From a bacterium (GTDB taxonomy: Bacteria; Patescibacteriota; Minisyncoccia; UBA6257; GWB1-50-10), in contig JAKAIX010000002.1 in NCBI GenBank assembly GCA_021814165.1, positions 136,501 to 200,500 of the forward strand: a stretch of 64,000 nucleotides of DNA. The letters are read 5' to 3'. Each line of letters begins with the position of its first letter. The first letter of the stretch is position 1. Below are positions 16,933 through 26,509 of this stretch, piece after piece. Made by a program: the position numbers and the translations under genes. The notes under the pieces were generated by a model that worked only from the letters and a program-made list of their open reading frames with translations, was not told the DNA's origin and ran no database searches.

Positions 16933-18486
16933 CTACAGTCCGTACGTGTAAGGGATAGCGATTAGAAAGCCCCACACAGAAAGAATTCCTATTACGCCAT
17001 ACGCGAGCATCCGCGTGCGTTTTGTTTTATTCTCGAGCCAGCGCGTAATAAGCGTTGCAAGGAGCGCAATTGCAAGAAGAAGTGCGGGAAAGTAGTGATA
17101 TAAAAACGTCGCGCGTGTTACAAAAGTGAAAAACGGAAGGAGCGCGAACACGTACCCAAAAAGAAGAATCGCGATCGGATTTTCCTTTTCATCATACGTC
17201 GCGCGCCGCGCGATTCGCTTAATATATTTAAAAAGCGTCCCAAGGACAACGAACGTACTCGCAACCCATATAAATATGTTTCCTATGAGCATAATATCGC
17301 CGCTACTCGTAAAACGCATTGGTTTCATCATAAAGGGCCAGAGATACCATGGGCTCATCATCGGGTTCGTGCCTCCCACGGTGTAGCCGGCGACCCCAAG
17401 AAGAAGCTGATACAACGATGCCTTCATAATCGAAGGATTCGCGGTTATGTTCGGAATATTAAAGAGCGACCCCATAACGGAAAGTTGTTCGCTGGGAGTA
17501 AAAAGCAAACCATTAATGCCGACGAAAAGAACAAGAAACACGGCTATTGCAAAGCCGAAGAAGCGGAGCATATCGCGATGCTGTCGTTCTCGCGTGAGAA
17601 TATTTTTTAGAACTAATGCGACGACGATCGGCCCCGCAAACACGACTGCGGTGAGTTTTATGCTTACGGCGAGGCCGAAGAAGATCGCAGATAGTAGTAA
17701 ATTGTGCGGCCAATACCACCGAGAAAATGTGCGCTCCGGGGCGCCTGCCTGCGCAGGCAGGCTTGGCAACGTCTTACCCACTTTTTCTCCCGCACCAATC
17801 CCTTGCCGCACGCCGGCATTTTTTTTGAAGAAAAAGTAGAGCGCGAGGAAACCTAATGAGAGATATATCCCATCCATAAGAATAAGGCGTGTATCGAGAA
17901 GAAGCGCGTTCTCGAGCGTGACGAAGAAAGCAGTAAGAAGCGCGGCGCTGTCACCCGCGAGCTCCCGGACAAAAAGGAACACGGAAAAAATAAGGAGGAG
18001 CCCGAAGAGCGCGCTCACCATCCTCTCCATTACATAAGGGAAGCGTTCATACGGCTTGTCAATTCCTTTTGTAGTGAACGATGTCCCATCGGGTGTTTTT
18101 TCATTTACTACATATGTAGCCTCTGTAAGATCGTTTTTGTCGTAGAAAAAAAGAGGGACGGAATAAAGGAATCTCCCGAGGGGAGGATGAATATCGAAAT
18201 AAGGAACATGAAGTGCGTTATCCGCGGCATATGTTGCGAAATACGCCTCATCGAAAACGGGGTGGCTGGGCGTACCAATACGCACGAGGTGCAACGCAGC
18301 GCTTAGGAGAAGGATGAGAGAGAGGATAAGAAACGGATGACGGACAAAACAAGGAGACCCGGCTTCCCCTGCCTGCGCAGGCAGGTCGCGGAGGCCGGGT
18401 TTCCCCGACGACAATATATGGAAGCCCGGCTTCCTCGCGGAGGCCGGGCTTCCTATGTTACTTTCCCTACTTTCCCTGGAGAACAT
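16933..18486 (-). CDS. GT39/GT83-family (PMT/ArnT-like) integral-membrane glycosyltransferase. Its N-terminal cytoplasmic tail is encoded by repeat elements.
   Basis: The first-loop motif is VFDEAYFATYA...HPPLGR, the DE-motif typical of PMT/ArnT. It has more than 10 TM helices. The first roughly 45 codons overlap copies of the GC-rich hairpin repeat and palindrome (GKPGLRDLPAQAGEAGSP). The real start may be a downstream in-frame TTG. Confidence 0.7.
   Translation of the reverse strand: MFSRESRESNIGSPASARKPGFHILSSGKPGLRDLPAQAGEAGSPCFVRHPFLILSLILLLSAALHLVRIGTPSHPVFDEAYFATYAADNALHVPYFDIHPPLGRFLYSVPLFFYDKNDLTEATYVVNEKTPDGTSFTTKGIDKPYERFPYVMERMVSALFGLLLIFSVFLFVRELAGDSAALLTAFFVTLENALLLDTRLILMDGIYLSLGFLALYFFFKKNAGVRQGIGAGEKVGKTLPSLPAQAGAPERTFSRWYWPHNLLLSAIFFGLAVSIKLTAVVFAGPIVVALVLKNILTRERQHRDMLRFFGFAIAVFLVLFVGINGLLFTPSEQLSVMGSLFNIPNITANPSIMKASLYQLLLGVAGYTVGGTNPMMSPWYLWPFMMKPMRFTSSGDIMLIGNIFIWVASTFVVLGTLFKYIKRIARRATYDEKENPIAILLFGYVFALLPFFTFVTRATFLYHYFPALLLAIALLATLITRWLENKTKRTRMLAYGVIGILSVWGFLIAIPYTYGL
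18355..18453. repeat. Composite of two GC-rich hairpin repeat units, one with the palindrome CCTGCCTGCGCAGGCAGG nested in its loop.
   Basis: gacccggcttcc-CCTGCCTGCGCAGGCAGG-tcgc-ggaggccgggtttcc, then gaagcccggcttcc-tcgc-ggaggccgggcttcc. Related copies lie at 14251-14289, 16885-16919, 18793-18897, 38995-39036, 43507-43525, 48032-48065, 54350-54386, 54932-54966, 62206-62261 and 63758-63776. The palindrome alone is at 17744-17761 and 50194-50211. Confidence 0.8.
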
Positions 18487-18760
18487 TGTACGTGAGGGGG
18501 TAGATTGCCGTTGCGAGGAGTGCTACCGCCGCGGCAATACAGGCGTAAAGCACCATTCTTTTTGCCTTCGTCACTCTTTCCCGGTCGCCGCCCGCAGTCA
18601 GGAAAAGAATGGCGGCCCAGATAAGCGCTCCTACCGCGAGTATCCAGAACGTGGTGTAAAGGAAGTTCACTATCCTATATACCGAGCTTTCAACTTGGGT
18701 GAGCGAAGTAAGCGAGGATTGTTGCGCATGCGCGACGAGAATTAATGGAATCAGTTTCAT
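18467..18760 (-). CDS. VirB2/TrbC-like pilin-family small protein, paralog 1: signal peptide plus two TM helices.
   Basis: 97 aa with a signal peptide, then TM1-LTAGGDRERVTKAKRMV-TM2. Its size and topology match T4SS pilins, and it shares a loop motif with three neighbours. Confidence 0.5.
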   Translation of the reverse strand: MKLIPLILVAHAQQSSLTSLTQVESSVYRIVNFLYTTFWILAVGALIWAAILFLTAGGDRERVTKAKRMVLYACIAAAVALLATAIYPLTYNVLQGK

Positions 18761-18792
18761 GATTTTATTGTACTACATGGCTTCTAAAATTA

Positions 18793-18897
18793 GGAGGCCG
18801 GGTCTCTGACCGAGTTTTCTCGCGGACAAAGTACTAGCAACTAGCCCGACCTCCATATATTAAGAAAGCCCGGCTTCCTCGCGGAGGCCGGGCTTCC
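18793..18897. repeat. GC-rich hairpin repeats in the spacer between pilin-like genes 1 and 2.
   Basis: ggaggccgggtctc...gcccgacctcc, plus gaagcccggcttcctcgcggaggccgggcttcc, the same unit as at 18421-18453. Confidence 0.75.
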
Positions 18898-18917
18898 ACT
18901 TTAAAAAACAAAAGAGC

Positions 18918-19292
18918 TTATGAGAGCGTTCCGCTCAAGGCGCTCTTCACAATCGTTTGTAATCCGGTTGAAAGAAGCGCAATCGCTGCGGCGATAATAG
19001 CGTAGATAACCCTGTTTTTTGCCTCCTTTATCTTCTCTTCGTTTCCTGCGCCGGTAAGATAAAGAACTGCCGCCCAGATAAGGAAGAGAACAGTCAAAAC
19101 CCAGAAGATGACAATCACCCAGTTTACGATAGTCGCCAAACTTGACGTCGCCCCCGACAAAGAGGAGACGGGCGCCTGGTTCTGAACGGTACCGCTAGGA
19201 CCGACAGGGCCCGTTTGCGCCAACGCTGCGAGAGGCGAGAGCATACTCACTGCGAGTGCTGTTGCGGCGATTGCTTGTAAAGTTTTTTTCAT
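18918..19292 (-). CDS. VirB2/TrbC-like pilin-family small protein, paralog 2.
   Basis: The ORF track extends to 19523. I prefer the ATG at 19292 (MKKTLQAIAATALAVSM...), which has an AAGGAAA RBS and leaves a signal peptide plus two TM helices with loop LTGAGNEEKIKEAKNRV. Confidence 0.5.
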   Translation of the reverse strand: MKKTLQAIAATALAVSMLSPLAALAQTGPVGPSGTVQNQAPVSSLSGATSSLATIVNWVIVIFWVLTVLFLIWAAVLYLTGAGNEEKIKEAKNRVIYAIIAAAIALLSTGLQTIVKSALSGTLS

Positions 19293-19324
19293 GTGTTTCC
19301 TTGTTGTTGCTCGACCTTTTGGAG

Positions 19325-19723
19325 CTACTGGACGTTCAGCACGTCTCTGATGATCGAAACCATGCCCCAACCTATCACGATTATAGCATACCCGATTGCG
19401 GTGTAAAGAATTGTCTTCTTTCCCGTTGCAAAACGTTCCGGATTCCCTCCCGCGAAAATCATCTGGAACGCTCCGATAAGCATCATGCCGACCGCGATGG
19501 GAGTTGCGATTGTAATGAGCCAATCGACGATATTTTTCAGAAGATCTTCAAAAGTCGAAGCGCCGAGCGGATTGGTTAGGGGAGCGGTAGGCTGGATGCA
19601 GTTGGTGGTTATGGTCGCGTCACACACGGTCGTAATCTCTGCTTGAGAAACGTTAGGAGAAAATAAAAAGATTCCCAGGCCAAACAACAAGATGAGCACG
19701 AATAGCGAAAAAAACCTTCTCAT
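19325..19723 (-). CDS. VirB2/TrbC-like pilin-family small protein, paralog 3.
   Basis: Signal peptide MRRFFSLFVLILLFGLGIFLFS, a Cys/Thr-rich segment, two TM helices, and loop FAGGNPERFATGKKTIL. Confidence 0.5.
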   Translation of the reverse strand: MRRFFSLFVLILLFGLGIFLFSPNVSQAEITTVCDATITTNCIQPTAPLTNPLGASTFEDLLKNIVDWLITIATPIAVGMMLIGAFQMIFAGGNPERFATGKKTILYTAIGYAIIVIGWGMVSIIRDVLNVQ

Positions 19724-19727
19724 ATTC

Positions 19728-20144
19728 TTATGTTATATTGTAGCATTGAATATCGGCCCACGGAAAGTCAACCTTGCCGGTAATAAGGTGAAGCACGGTA
19801 TTGATGATGAGCCATCCCGCGAGCACGATCACAAGACCTATCACGGCGCTCGTAATGATTCCCTTCCCCTTTCGTACTCGTTCTTCCGACCCGCCCGACA
19901 CCATAAGCATAATCGCTCCGTAGATGGTCATACCAACCGCAAGGATGATCGCGACCTCGGTCATTGTATTGATGATATTAGCCGCCACCTTGACGCCGTC
20001 GCAGAGCGAACACCCCGCAGCGGATTTGTTGCATCCCCCTCCCGACGTTCCTTTCCAGATGTCGATAAGGGCTGCGGAAGAAACGCCGAATGTCATAAAA
20101 AATAGGATCGGAGCGAGGACAAAAGATCTGACTTGCTTTTTCAT
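19728..20144 (-). CDS. VirB2/TrbC-like pilin-family small protein, paralog 4.
   Basis: I placed the start at MKKQVRSFVLAPILFF, immediately after the stop of the upstream gene (TAAcATG coupling). It has two TM helices and loop VSGGSEERVRKGKGII. The ORF track start at 20201 would overlap the upstream gene. Confidence 0.5.
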   Translation of the reverse strand: MKKQVRSFVLAPILFFMTFGVSSAALIDIWKGTSGGGCNKSAAGCSLCDGVKVAANIINTMTEVAIILAVGMTIYGAIMLMVSGGSEERVRKGKGIITSAVIGLVIVLAGWLIINTVLHLITGKVDFPWADIQCYNIT

Positions 20145-20145
20145 G

Positions 20146-21453
20146 TTAGTAATTTCGCTGAATGATTTGATTGATGGCATTTTGCGCTGCCACAAGCGCA
20201 TCTAACGGCCTTTCTTTGTCCGACACGACTGCGCGGACCATCTGCGAGAATACCCTTCTCGCGGCATTTTTGTCCCGTTCGTCCCACGATCGCGCGATCA
20301 ATGCCTGCCGGGCGAATACGCTGAGCGTCGGATCGTTTTGATATTGATAAAGAAGCGAATTTAATGCCGGAGGCTTCCCTGTTTGCGCCGGGTAACTGTT
20401 GGCAATAACGGCGTTTGTCGTCATTTGGAGGATAAAATCCCACGCAATCGTCGGATATTTGGTTTGCCGTGAGACAACATACCCCCAGTAATCGGGAAGC
20501 GCGATCGGCGTCACGGCATTTTTCGGCTGGGGCACCGGCGCGATCTCGAAATTCAGATATGCATTCCTTGCCTTGAGTTCTGGAATGGAAGAGGCATAGT
20601 CGAAAATCATGGTAACTTTTCCCTGACCGAATGCATCTCTTGCGTTCTGCATCGAATCGTTCCATGTGTAGGCCCTGGAGTTCGGATCGGCGAACTGCGT
20701 GTAGAACGTGAGCGCCTGAAGCCCGAGTTCTCCCGAAAACGAAGGCGCTCCGCGTTCCCCGATCTTGGATCCGTTTTGGAGCATGAGGAGCGAGAGGAGA
20801 TCCGAGCCGGTAGGAATAGTGTCGTCGGTTCCCCCGATGGCCGCTCCCGCCTGCGTAATCGCGCCTTTTGCATCTTTTGTTACGAGTTTCGGCACCGTAT
20901 TCAAGAAATCTTCCCAGCTCTGCCATGAATTAGGGAGCGGAACCCCCGCACGATCGAAGAGATCTCTGTTATAGATAAGCGCGAGCGTATCGATCGAGAG
21001 TGGCAGTCCGTATATGTTGTTTTGTTGATAGAAATCCTGCGTGACGACTTGTGGGAAAAGTTGTTTCAGTTGGAGCAAAGAAAGGGATGTCTGCGGCACA
21101 GGCATGATCTTGTTAATCTGTCTCGGTACGTCGGTGTTCCGTATCATGAAAATATCGGGGCCGGTCCCCGCCGCGAGCGCGTCAAGCAACGCCGCGTCGT
21201 AATCGGAAGGATTTGAAAATCCGCGGTACGTGATTTTTACATTCGGGTAGATGGTCGCGAAGTTTTGGAGTGCAGCCGAATAAGTTACCTCATTGTCGTA
21301 CACGCCCCACATCGTAAGCGTCGCCTTTGTCTGGTGCGGATCGTTCGTCGTGGTACGGAGCCCGGGGATAACGCCCAATAGTACGAGTACGATCGCAATC
21401 ACGACCGCACCGCCGATAAGGAGAACAACTTTTTGAGAATGAGTTAATGACAT
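20146..21453 (-). CDS. ABC-transporter extracellular solute-binding protein (family 1, sugar/oligosaccharide-type), N-terminally anchored.
   Basis: An N-terminal TM/signal anchor, then an SBP_bac_1-like sequence (...MWGVYDNEVTYSAALQNFATIYPNVKITYRG...). The overlapping ORF 20141..20926 is an alternative frame of this gene. Confidence 0.7.
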   Translation of the reverse strand: MSLTHSQKVVLLIGGAVVIAIVLVLLGVIPGLRTTTNDPHQTKATLTMWGVYDNEVTYSAALQNFATIYPNVKITYRGFSNPSDYDAALLDALAAGTGPDIFMIRNTDVPRQINKIMPVPQTSLSLLQLKQLFPQVVTQDFYQQNNIYGLPLSIDTLALIYNRDLFDRAGVPLPNSWQSWEDFLNTVPKLVTKDAKGAITQAGAAIGGTDDTIPTGSDLLSLLMLQNGSKIGERGAPSFSGELGLQALTFYTQFADPNSRAYTWNDSMQNARDAFGQGKVTMIFDYASSIPELKARNAYLNFEIAPVPQPKNAVTPIALPDYWGYVVSRQTKYPTIAWDFILQMTTNAVIANSYPAQTGKPPALNSLLYQYQNDPTLSVFARQALIARSWDERDKNAARRVFSQMVRAVVSDKERPLDALVAAQNAINQIIQRNY

Positions 21454-21530
21454 AAATTTTCAATTACCAATCAATTTTACAATTTCCAAAAACGTTTATT
21501 GAAAATTGATCATTGAAACTTGGAAATTCG

Positions 21531-24053
21531 TTAGAGACATACGATTCCCACCAACGTATCCCCCTTCTCGAGATTCATGATTTTCACCCCTTGTGTTGCG
21601 CGGCTCAAGATTCGTATATCCTTCAGGTTTGCGCGGAGTGCCTGGCCTTTTGAGGAGAATGCGAGCACCCCCTCCACTTCCTCGTCCACGATATGCGCCC
21701 CGATCACGGGGCCTGTCTTTGCGGTAATCTTTGCGGTTTTGATTCCCGATCCGCCCCGGCGCTGAAGTTTGTACTCTTTTATGGAAGTTTGTTTCGCAAA
21801 TCCGTTCGCCATTACCGCGAGCACCCGGAGTGAGATTTTGCTCCCCTTCTCCAAATCCTCTTTTCTTATTATATCAAGTCCGCTCACCGCATCTTGTTTC
21901 TTGAGGTTCAGCGCTCGCACTCCCGCCGCACTCCTTCCCATGCTCCGCACGTCTTTTTCTTTAAAACGGATCGCCTGTCCCATCGCCGTAACGAGTACGA
22001 TTTGATCATCGCCGCTTGAAAGGCGCACCCACTCCAAGAGATCTCCGCCTTGGAGTCTAACCGCGATGATGCCGGTCCTCCGCACGTTCCCGAAATCCTC
22101 GAGCGGCGTGCGTTTAATGATGCCTTGTCGCGTCGTCATGACGAGAAAGTGTTTGGCGTGTTCCGCCTTGTCTTCGATGTAGTGCTGGGGGTAGGTGACA
22201 ACCGCGCTCACCTTCTCGTTTGTGGGAATATCGAGAAAGTTATAGACCGACTTTCCCTTTGCGGTGCGACTTGCAACGGGAACCTCATACACTTTTGTTT
22301 GAAACACCCGCCCCTTCGTTGTGAAGAAAAGGATATTATCGTGAGTGTCCGCCGAAAGCAGTTCGTAAATCTGATCCTCCTCCTTCAAGTCAAAGCCGAT
22401 AAGCCCCTTTCCCCCGCGCTTCTGCACGCGGAACGTTCCCGGCGGCATGCGTTTGATGTAGCCGTCTTCGGTAAGAGTGATAAGCGCCTCTTCCTTGGGA
22501 ATCAGATCCTCTTCTTTAAATTCCTTGAGTCCGCCCGCGATAATGCCCGTGCGTCTCGGGTCGGGAAATCCTTTCTTCAGCTCTTCGAGGTCGCGCTTAA
22601 TTATACCGAGAATTCGTTTCGGTTCTTTAAGAATGAGTTTCAATTCCGCAATAAGTTTTTTCTTCTCCTTGAGCTCGTCCTCGAGCCTCTGCCGCTCGAG
22701 CGCCGCCAGGCTCTGGAGTTTCATCTCGAGGATCGCGTCCGCTTGAATGGGGGTAAGCTTAAAATTCTTTACCAGGTTTTCCCGGGCATTTTCTTTGTCC
22801 TTCGATTTTTTGATCGTGGCGATGATCTTATCGATTACGCCCAAGGCCTTCACAAGGCCTTCCAGAATGTGTGCCCGCTCCTCCGCCTTCCTCAGTTCAA
22901 ATTCCGTGCGGCGGCGGATCACGATCTTTCTATGGTCGAGATATGCGCTCAAAATATCTTTTAAGGAAAGAATCTCGGGTTTCAAGCCGTTCGTCAGAGC
23001 GAGCATATTGTAATGGAAATTCTTCTGAAGCTCTGTATATTCGAAAAGCTGGTTCAATATACGCTGTGCTCGCACGTCGTTTTTGAGTTCAATAACAATC
23101 CTCAATCCTTCTCGGTCCGATTCGTCCCGCACATCCTTGATCCCCTCGATTTTCTTTTCCTGCACGAGTTCCGCAATTTTCGTGATTAAGGTCGACTTAT
23201 TCACCTGATACGGGATCTCGGAGACGACGATCTGGAAACTTCCGTTCTTGCGCTCTTCTATCTCGGTTTTCCCTCTGGTGGTAATGGATCCCTTCCCTGT
23301 CGCGTAGGCCTCCTCAAGCGCGCGGCGGTCGTACACAATGCCGCCCGTCGGGAAGTCGGGTCCTTTCACAAACTGCATAAGTTCTTTTACGTCGCTCCCC
23401 GGGTGATCCGCGAGGTGAATGGTCGCATCGGCGATCTCGACGAGATTGTGCGGCGGAATGGAGGTTGTCATGCCGACCGCGATGCCTACCGCTCCGTTCA
23501 AGAGGAGATTTGGAAGTTTTGCCGGAAGGAATCCCGGCTCCTCGCGCGTCGCGTCATAGTTCGGTACCCACTCGACGGTTTCTTTTTCGATATCCGTGAG
23601 AAGTTCCTCGGAAATTTTCGAGAGGCGCGCTTCCGTGTATCGCATCGCTGCGGGGGAATCGCCGTCGATCGATCCCCAGTTCCCTTGCCCGTCGATCAGT
23701 GTGTAGCGAAGCGAGAAATCCTGCGCCATGCGCGCCATCGCGTCATAGACCGCCATATCGCCGTGCGGGTGATAGCGGCCGAGCACCTCCCCTACCACGT
23801 TCGCCGATTTTTTGAATTTCGCGCCGTGCGTAAGACCGGAGTCCCACATCGCCCACAAAATTCTCCGTTGCACGGGCTTCAATCCGTCCCGTACGTCGGG
23901 AAGCGCCCGCGAAACGATCACCGACATCGCGTAGTCGAGATATGATTCGCGGAGTTCTTCGGTAATCTCGCGCGGTTCAATGCGCTGATTCGGGGTATTG
24001 GGCTCTTCGTGTTGTTTGTTATGTGGCATAGTGTGTCGTTTCGATTGTAACAC
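21531..24053 (-). CDS. gyrA: DNA gyrase subunit A.
   Basis: [25 protein letters not shown]...[19 protein letters not shown] contains the catalytic Tyr region, followed by C-terminal beta-pinwheel repeats. Confidence 0.95.
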   Translation of the reverse strand: MLQSKRHTMPHNKQHEEPNTPNQRIEPREITEELRESYLDYAMSVIVSRALPDVRDGLKPVQRRILWAMWDSGLTHGAKFKKSANVVGEVLGRYHPHGDMAVYDAMARMAQDFSLRYTLIDGQGNWGSIDGDSPAAMRYTEARLSKISEELLTDIEKETVEWVPNYDATREEPGFLPAKLPNLLLNGAVGIAVGMTTSIPPHNLVEIADATIHLADHPGSDVKELMQFVKGPDFPTGGIVYDRRALEEAYATGKGSITTRGKTEIEERKNGSFQIVVSEIPYQVNKSTLITKIAELVQEKKIEGIKDVRDESDREGLRIVIELKNDVRAQRILNQLFEYTELQKNFHYNMLALTNGLKPEILSLKDILSAYLDHRKIVIRRRTEFELRKAEERAHILEGLVKALGVIDKIIATIKKSKDKENARENLVKNFKLTPIQADAILEMKLQSLAALERQRLEDELKEKKKLIAELKLILKEPKRILGIIKRDLEELKKGFPDPRRTGIIAGGLKEFKEEDLIPKEEALITLTEDGYIKRMPPGTFRVQKRGGKGLIGFDLKEEDQIYELLSADTHDNILFFTTKGRVFQTKVYEVPVASRTAKGKSVYNFLDIPTNEKVSAVVTYPQHYIEDKAEHAKHFLVMTTRQGIIKRTPLEDFGNVRRTGIIAVRLQGGDLLEWVRLSSGDDQIVLVTAMGQAIRFKEKDVRSMGRSAAGVRALNLKKQDAVSGLDIIRKEDLEKGSKISLRVLAVMANGFAKQTSIKEYKLQRRGGSGIKTAKITAKTGPVIGAHIVDEEVEGVLAFSSKGQALRANLKDIRILSRATQGVKIMNLEKGDTLVGIVCL

Positions 24054-24059
24054 TCGTCT

Positions 24060-24524
24060 CTATGGTTGGGGAAGCGGCGTAGGTGGAACCGGGTCCGGCG
24101 TGGTCGTACTTTCAACCTGAGGTGTATTCTGTTTTTCGAGTTTATACGAGTTTGTTTTTGAGAATGCACCGATCCCCGTGTCCCATAATTCAACAGCCGA
24201 CGTTTCTATCGTGTGAAGGCCGCTTTTTGCTTCATTCCTCAAAACATGAAGCCCGCGCCAGAGCGTATCGAAGAATGAGGTACCGGGAGTATTCACTGCC
24301 GGCTCCGGTGCTTGTGCCTTTGCGGTTTCTTGGACTGGCATCGCCGTTTCTGCGACGCCGCCGGACGAAGGAAACGCTATGTTGAGATATATAATCCAGA
24401 GCGCCACAACAAGAATCATGGAAATACCCGAGAGACCTATGAGCCACCGCCTTCTTGTCGCGAGGTTGGCATTTTGAAGCCCGGCGACGAAGCGTTGAAT
24501 CTTGTGCAGGAACCCCCGCATCAT
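24060..24524 (-). CDS. Small N-terminally anchored membrane protein of unknown function with a Pro/Thr-rich C-terminus.
   Basis: One TM helix (WLIGLSGISMILVVALWIIYLNIAF). It sits directly upstream of gyrA on the same strand. Confidence 0.45.
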   Translation of the reverse strand: MMRGFLHKIQRFVAGLQNANLATRRRWLIGLSGISMILVVALWIIYLNIAFPSSGGVAETAMPVQETAKAQAPEPAVNTPGTSFFDTLWRGLHVLRNEAKSGLHTIETSAVELWDTGIGAFSKTNSYKLEKQNTPQVESTTTPDPVPPTPLPQP

Positions 24525-24526
24525 AG

Positions 24527-25105
24527 TTATGATTTTTTAGGCACGAGAGGGTGGATGGCCATCGCCTTGGCCGAGAGGTCCTTTTTCTTAAACACGAACT
24601 TTTCTTCCGATGCCGCTTTTTCTTGGCCGAACTCCTTCAGGAACGCTTTGTAATGCTCTCCGAGCGAAGGAATGATGACGCTCGGTTCGAGTTGGCGTGC
24701 GAGTTTTGCGGCGGCCTCGATCGGGAGAAATGGTTTGCCGCTCCCCGGAAGCAATAACACGTCGCATTCCTGGAGCAATTCCTGGACCTTCGATTCCGGT
24801 TCTTTCGCTGAGTAGCCGAGGACGCCGAAGATCACGTCGTCAAACACGATTCGGTACGCGGTTTTTTCTCCTCCTCCTTTTTCTTCCAGAGAAACCCCCG
24901 TGATGTGGATTCCTTGCGCTTCATACTCCCCCTGGTGATCAATCCAAAACCCCCCCTCTTCCGAAGGCTGGGTTCCCGCGGGGCGGACGGTGTTTATAAT
25001 CGCGGTAGCCCCCTTGAATGAACGCTGGTTCGTAGGATCGATGAGTACGGTAAACTGTCCCGACTGCAGCTTGAAGTAGTCGTCTCCCTGATAGGTGATG
25101 ATCAT
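24527..25105 (-). CDS. MBL-fold (Lactamase_B_3/UPF0173-like) protein that appears to lack the metal-binding His motif.
   Basis: The N-terminus MIITYQGDDYFKLQSGQFTVLIDP resembles the M-K-I-T-[WY]-L-G-H-[SA]-x-F...[IV]-L-I-D-P start of MBL-fold hydrolases, but the histidines are replaced (QGDDYF). Confidence 0.4.
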   Translation of the reverse strand: MIITYQGDDYFKLQSGQFTVLIDPTNQRSFKGATAIINTVRPAGTQPSEEGGFWIDHQGEYEAQGIHITGVSLEEKGGGEKTAYRIVFDDVIFGVLGYSAKEPESKVQELLQECDVLLLPGSGKPFLPIEAAAKLARQLEPSVIIPSLGEHYKAFLKEFGQEKAASEEKFVFKKKDLSAKAMAIHPLVPKKS

Positions 25106-25327
25106 TACCTACTATTATATGTCTCCGAGTTATTCTTTTCAATGAAATTACCCGCTTTCGGATGGAAATCGTATGTCTCTAAAACGAAATCCAATGGCAG
25201 AAATTCTAAATTCAAAACACGCGTTTCAGTCATTATGATTTCGTATTTTGGCCATTATTTAGGATTTAGGGATTAGATATTAGAATTTCGTTCGTCGTTT
25301 GGTCGGCTTGCATTCAGACCTTAAGCC

Positions 25328-26443
25328 GTGGTATCCTCCTCACGTGTTATGCAGAATATAAAGCCGGGAAATATGGCGGTGATAAGCCAGCTCCTTAAGG
25401 ACGAACCCTCTCTTTTCGCCACATTAAAAGTAGGTGATTTGGTACAGGGTACGGTACTCGAAAAGAGCTCGAAGATGCTCCTGGTTGATCTTGGAAAGCA
25501 CGGTACGGGAGCGGTATATCGCGGGGAACTCCAGAATGCGAGGGAACTGGTACGCGGACTTAAAGCCGGCGACCCCGTTCACGCAAAAGTGATTGATATC
25601 GATAATGATGAGGGATACATAGAACTCTCTCTTTCGGAAGCGGATAAGCAGCGAGCGTGGGCCGAAGTACAAGAACTTAAGGAAAAAGAAGAGGTACTGA
25701 AGCTTAAGATAAGCGGCTTCAATAAAGGAGGACTTATGGCGGATGTCCGCGGACTCCCCGGATTTCTTCCGGTATCGCAACTTTCGAACGAGCATTATCC
25801 GAAGGTGGGCGTCGATGAGAAAGGGAAAATTCTCCAAGCGCTCCAGATGCTCGTGGGACAAGAACTCGAAGTGAAGATTATCGACGTAAACCCGAGAACG
25901 AACAAGCTCATCGTCTCCGAGAAGGCGGCGCAGGAGTTGAGCGCGAAAGAGCTCGCGGAGCACTACAGCGTAGGACAGATAATCGAAGGGGTGGTTTCCG
26001 GCGTCGCCGACTTCGGTGCATTTATACGATTTACCGACAACCCCGTTGTTGAAGGATTTATTCATGTGTCGGAGATCGATTATCGTATCATCGACAACCC
26101 GAAGGAAGTGTTGAAGATTGATGACGTGATAAAGGCGCAGATCGTCGATATTAAGAACGGCCGAATTTCTCTTTCTTTGAAAGTGCTGAAGGAAAACCCT
26201 TGGGAGAACGCGGACAAGTTTTTCAAGGAGGGCGATGAAGTAAAGGGAGTGGTATATGCGTTCACGCAGTTCGGCGCGCTCGTAAACCTCGATCATGACC
26301 TGCAGGGCCAGGTGCATGTGACGGACTTCGGAGGCATTCCGGAGATGAAAAAAGAACTCGTATCGGGAGAATCAAGGGCATTTATCGTCCAGTCGGTGAA
26401 AGCAGAAGAGAAAAGAATCACGTTGAAGCTGAAAAAAGAGTAG
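25328..26443 (+). CDS. rpsA: S1-repeat RNA-binding protein, a short ribosomal protein S1-like with four S1 domains.
   Basis: Repeated S1 motifs: VGDLVQGTVLEKSSKMLLVDLG, GQIIEGVVSGVADFGAFIRF, GDEVKGVVYAFTQFGALVNL. Confidence 0.7.
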   Translation: MVSSSRVMQNIKPGNMAVISQLLKDEPSLFATLKVGDLVQGTVLEKSSKMLLVDLGKHGTGAVYRGELQNARELVRGLKAGDPVHAKVIDIDNDEGYIELSLSEADKQRAWAEVQELKEKEEVLKLKISGFNKGGLMADVRGLPGFLPVSQLSNEHYPKVGVDEKGKILQALQMLVGQELEVKIIDVNPRTNKLIVSEKAAQELSAKELAEHYSVGQIIEGVVSGVADFGAFIRFTDNPVVEGFIHVSEIDYRIIDNPKEVLKIDDVIKAQIVDIKNGRISLSLKVLKENPWENADKFFKEGDEVKGVVYAFTQFGALVNLDHDLQGQVHVTDFGGIPEMKKELVSGESRAFIVQSVKAEEKRITLKLKKE

Positions 26444-26509
26444 TATTCCGGTTGGTTCCGCCCGGAAGGGCGGTTTTCTTTTGCTTCAGAATTCAGATTG
26501 CGCTAGAAT

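Noticed and set aside
20141-20926. 261-aa minus-strand ORF overlapping the solute-binding-protein gene
   Set aside because: It is an alternative frame of the same strand as the 435-aa SBP gene. Arg-rich junk translation; the SBP frame has the signal anchor and a coherent domain.
22050-22964. 304-aa plus-strand ORF, and several 60-100-aa ORFs on both strands, inside gyrA
   Set aside because: It is antisense to the strongly supported gyrA gene. The low-complexity Arg/Leu-rich translation is typical of antisense frames of GC-rich genes. The same applies to 25424..26317 inside rpsA, 39848..40987 inside ftsK, 31069..31938 inside glyA, 44929..45573 inside nusA, 53077..53931 inside valS, 10234..10809 and 11713..12192 inside pnp, and 46702..47109 and 45917..46522 inside hppA.
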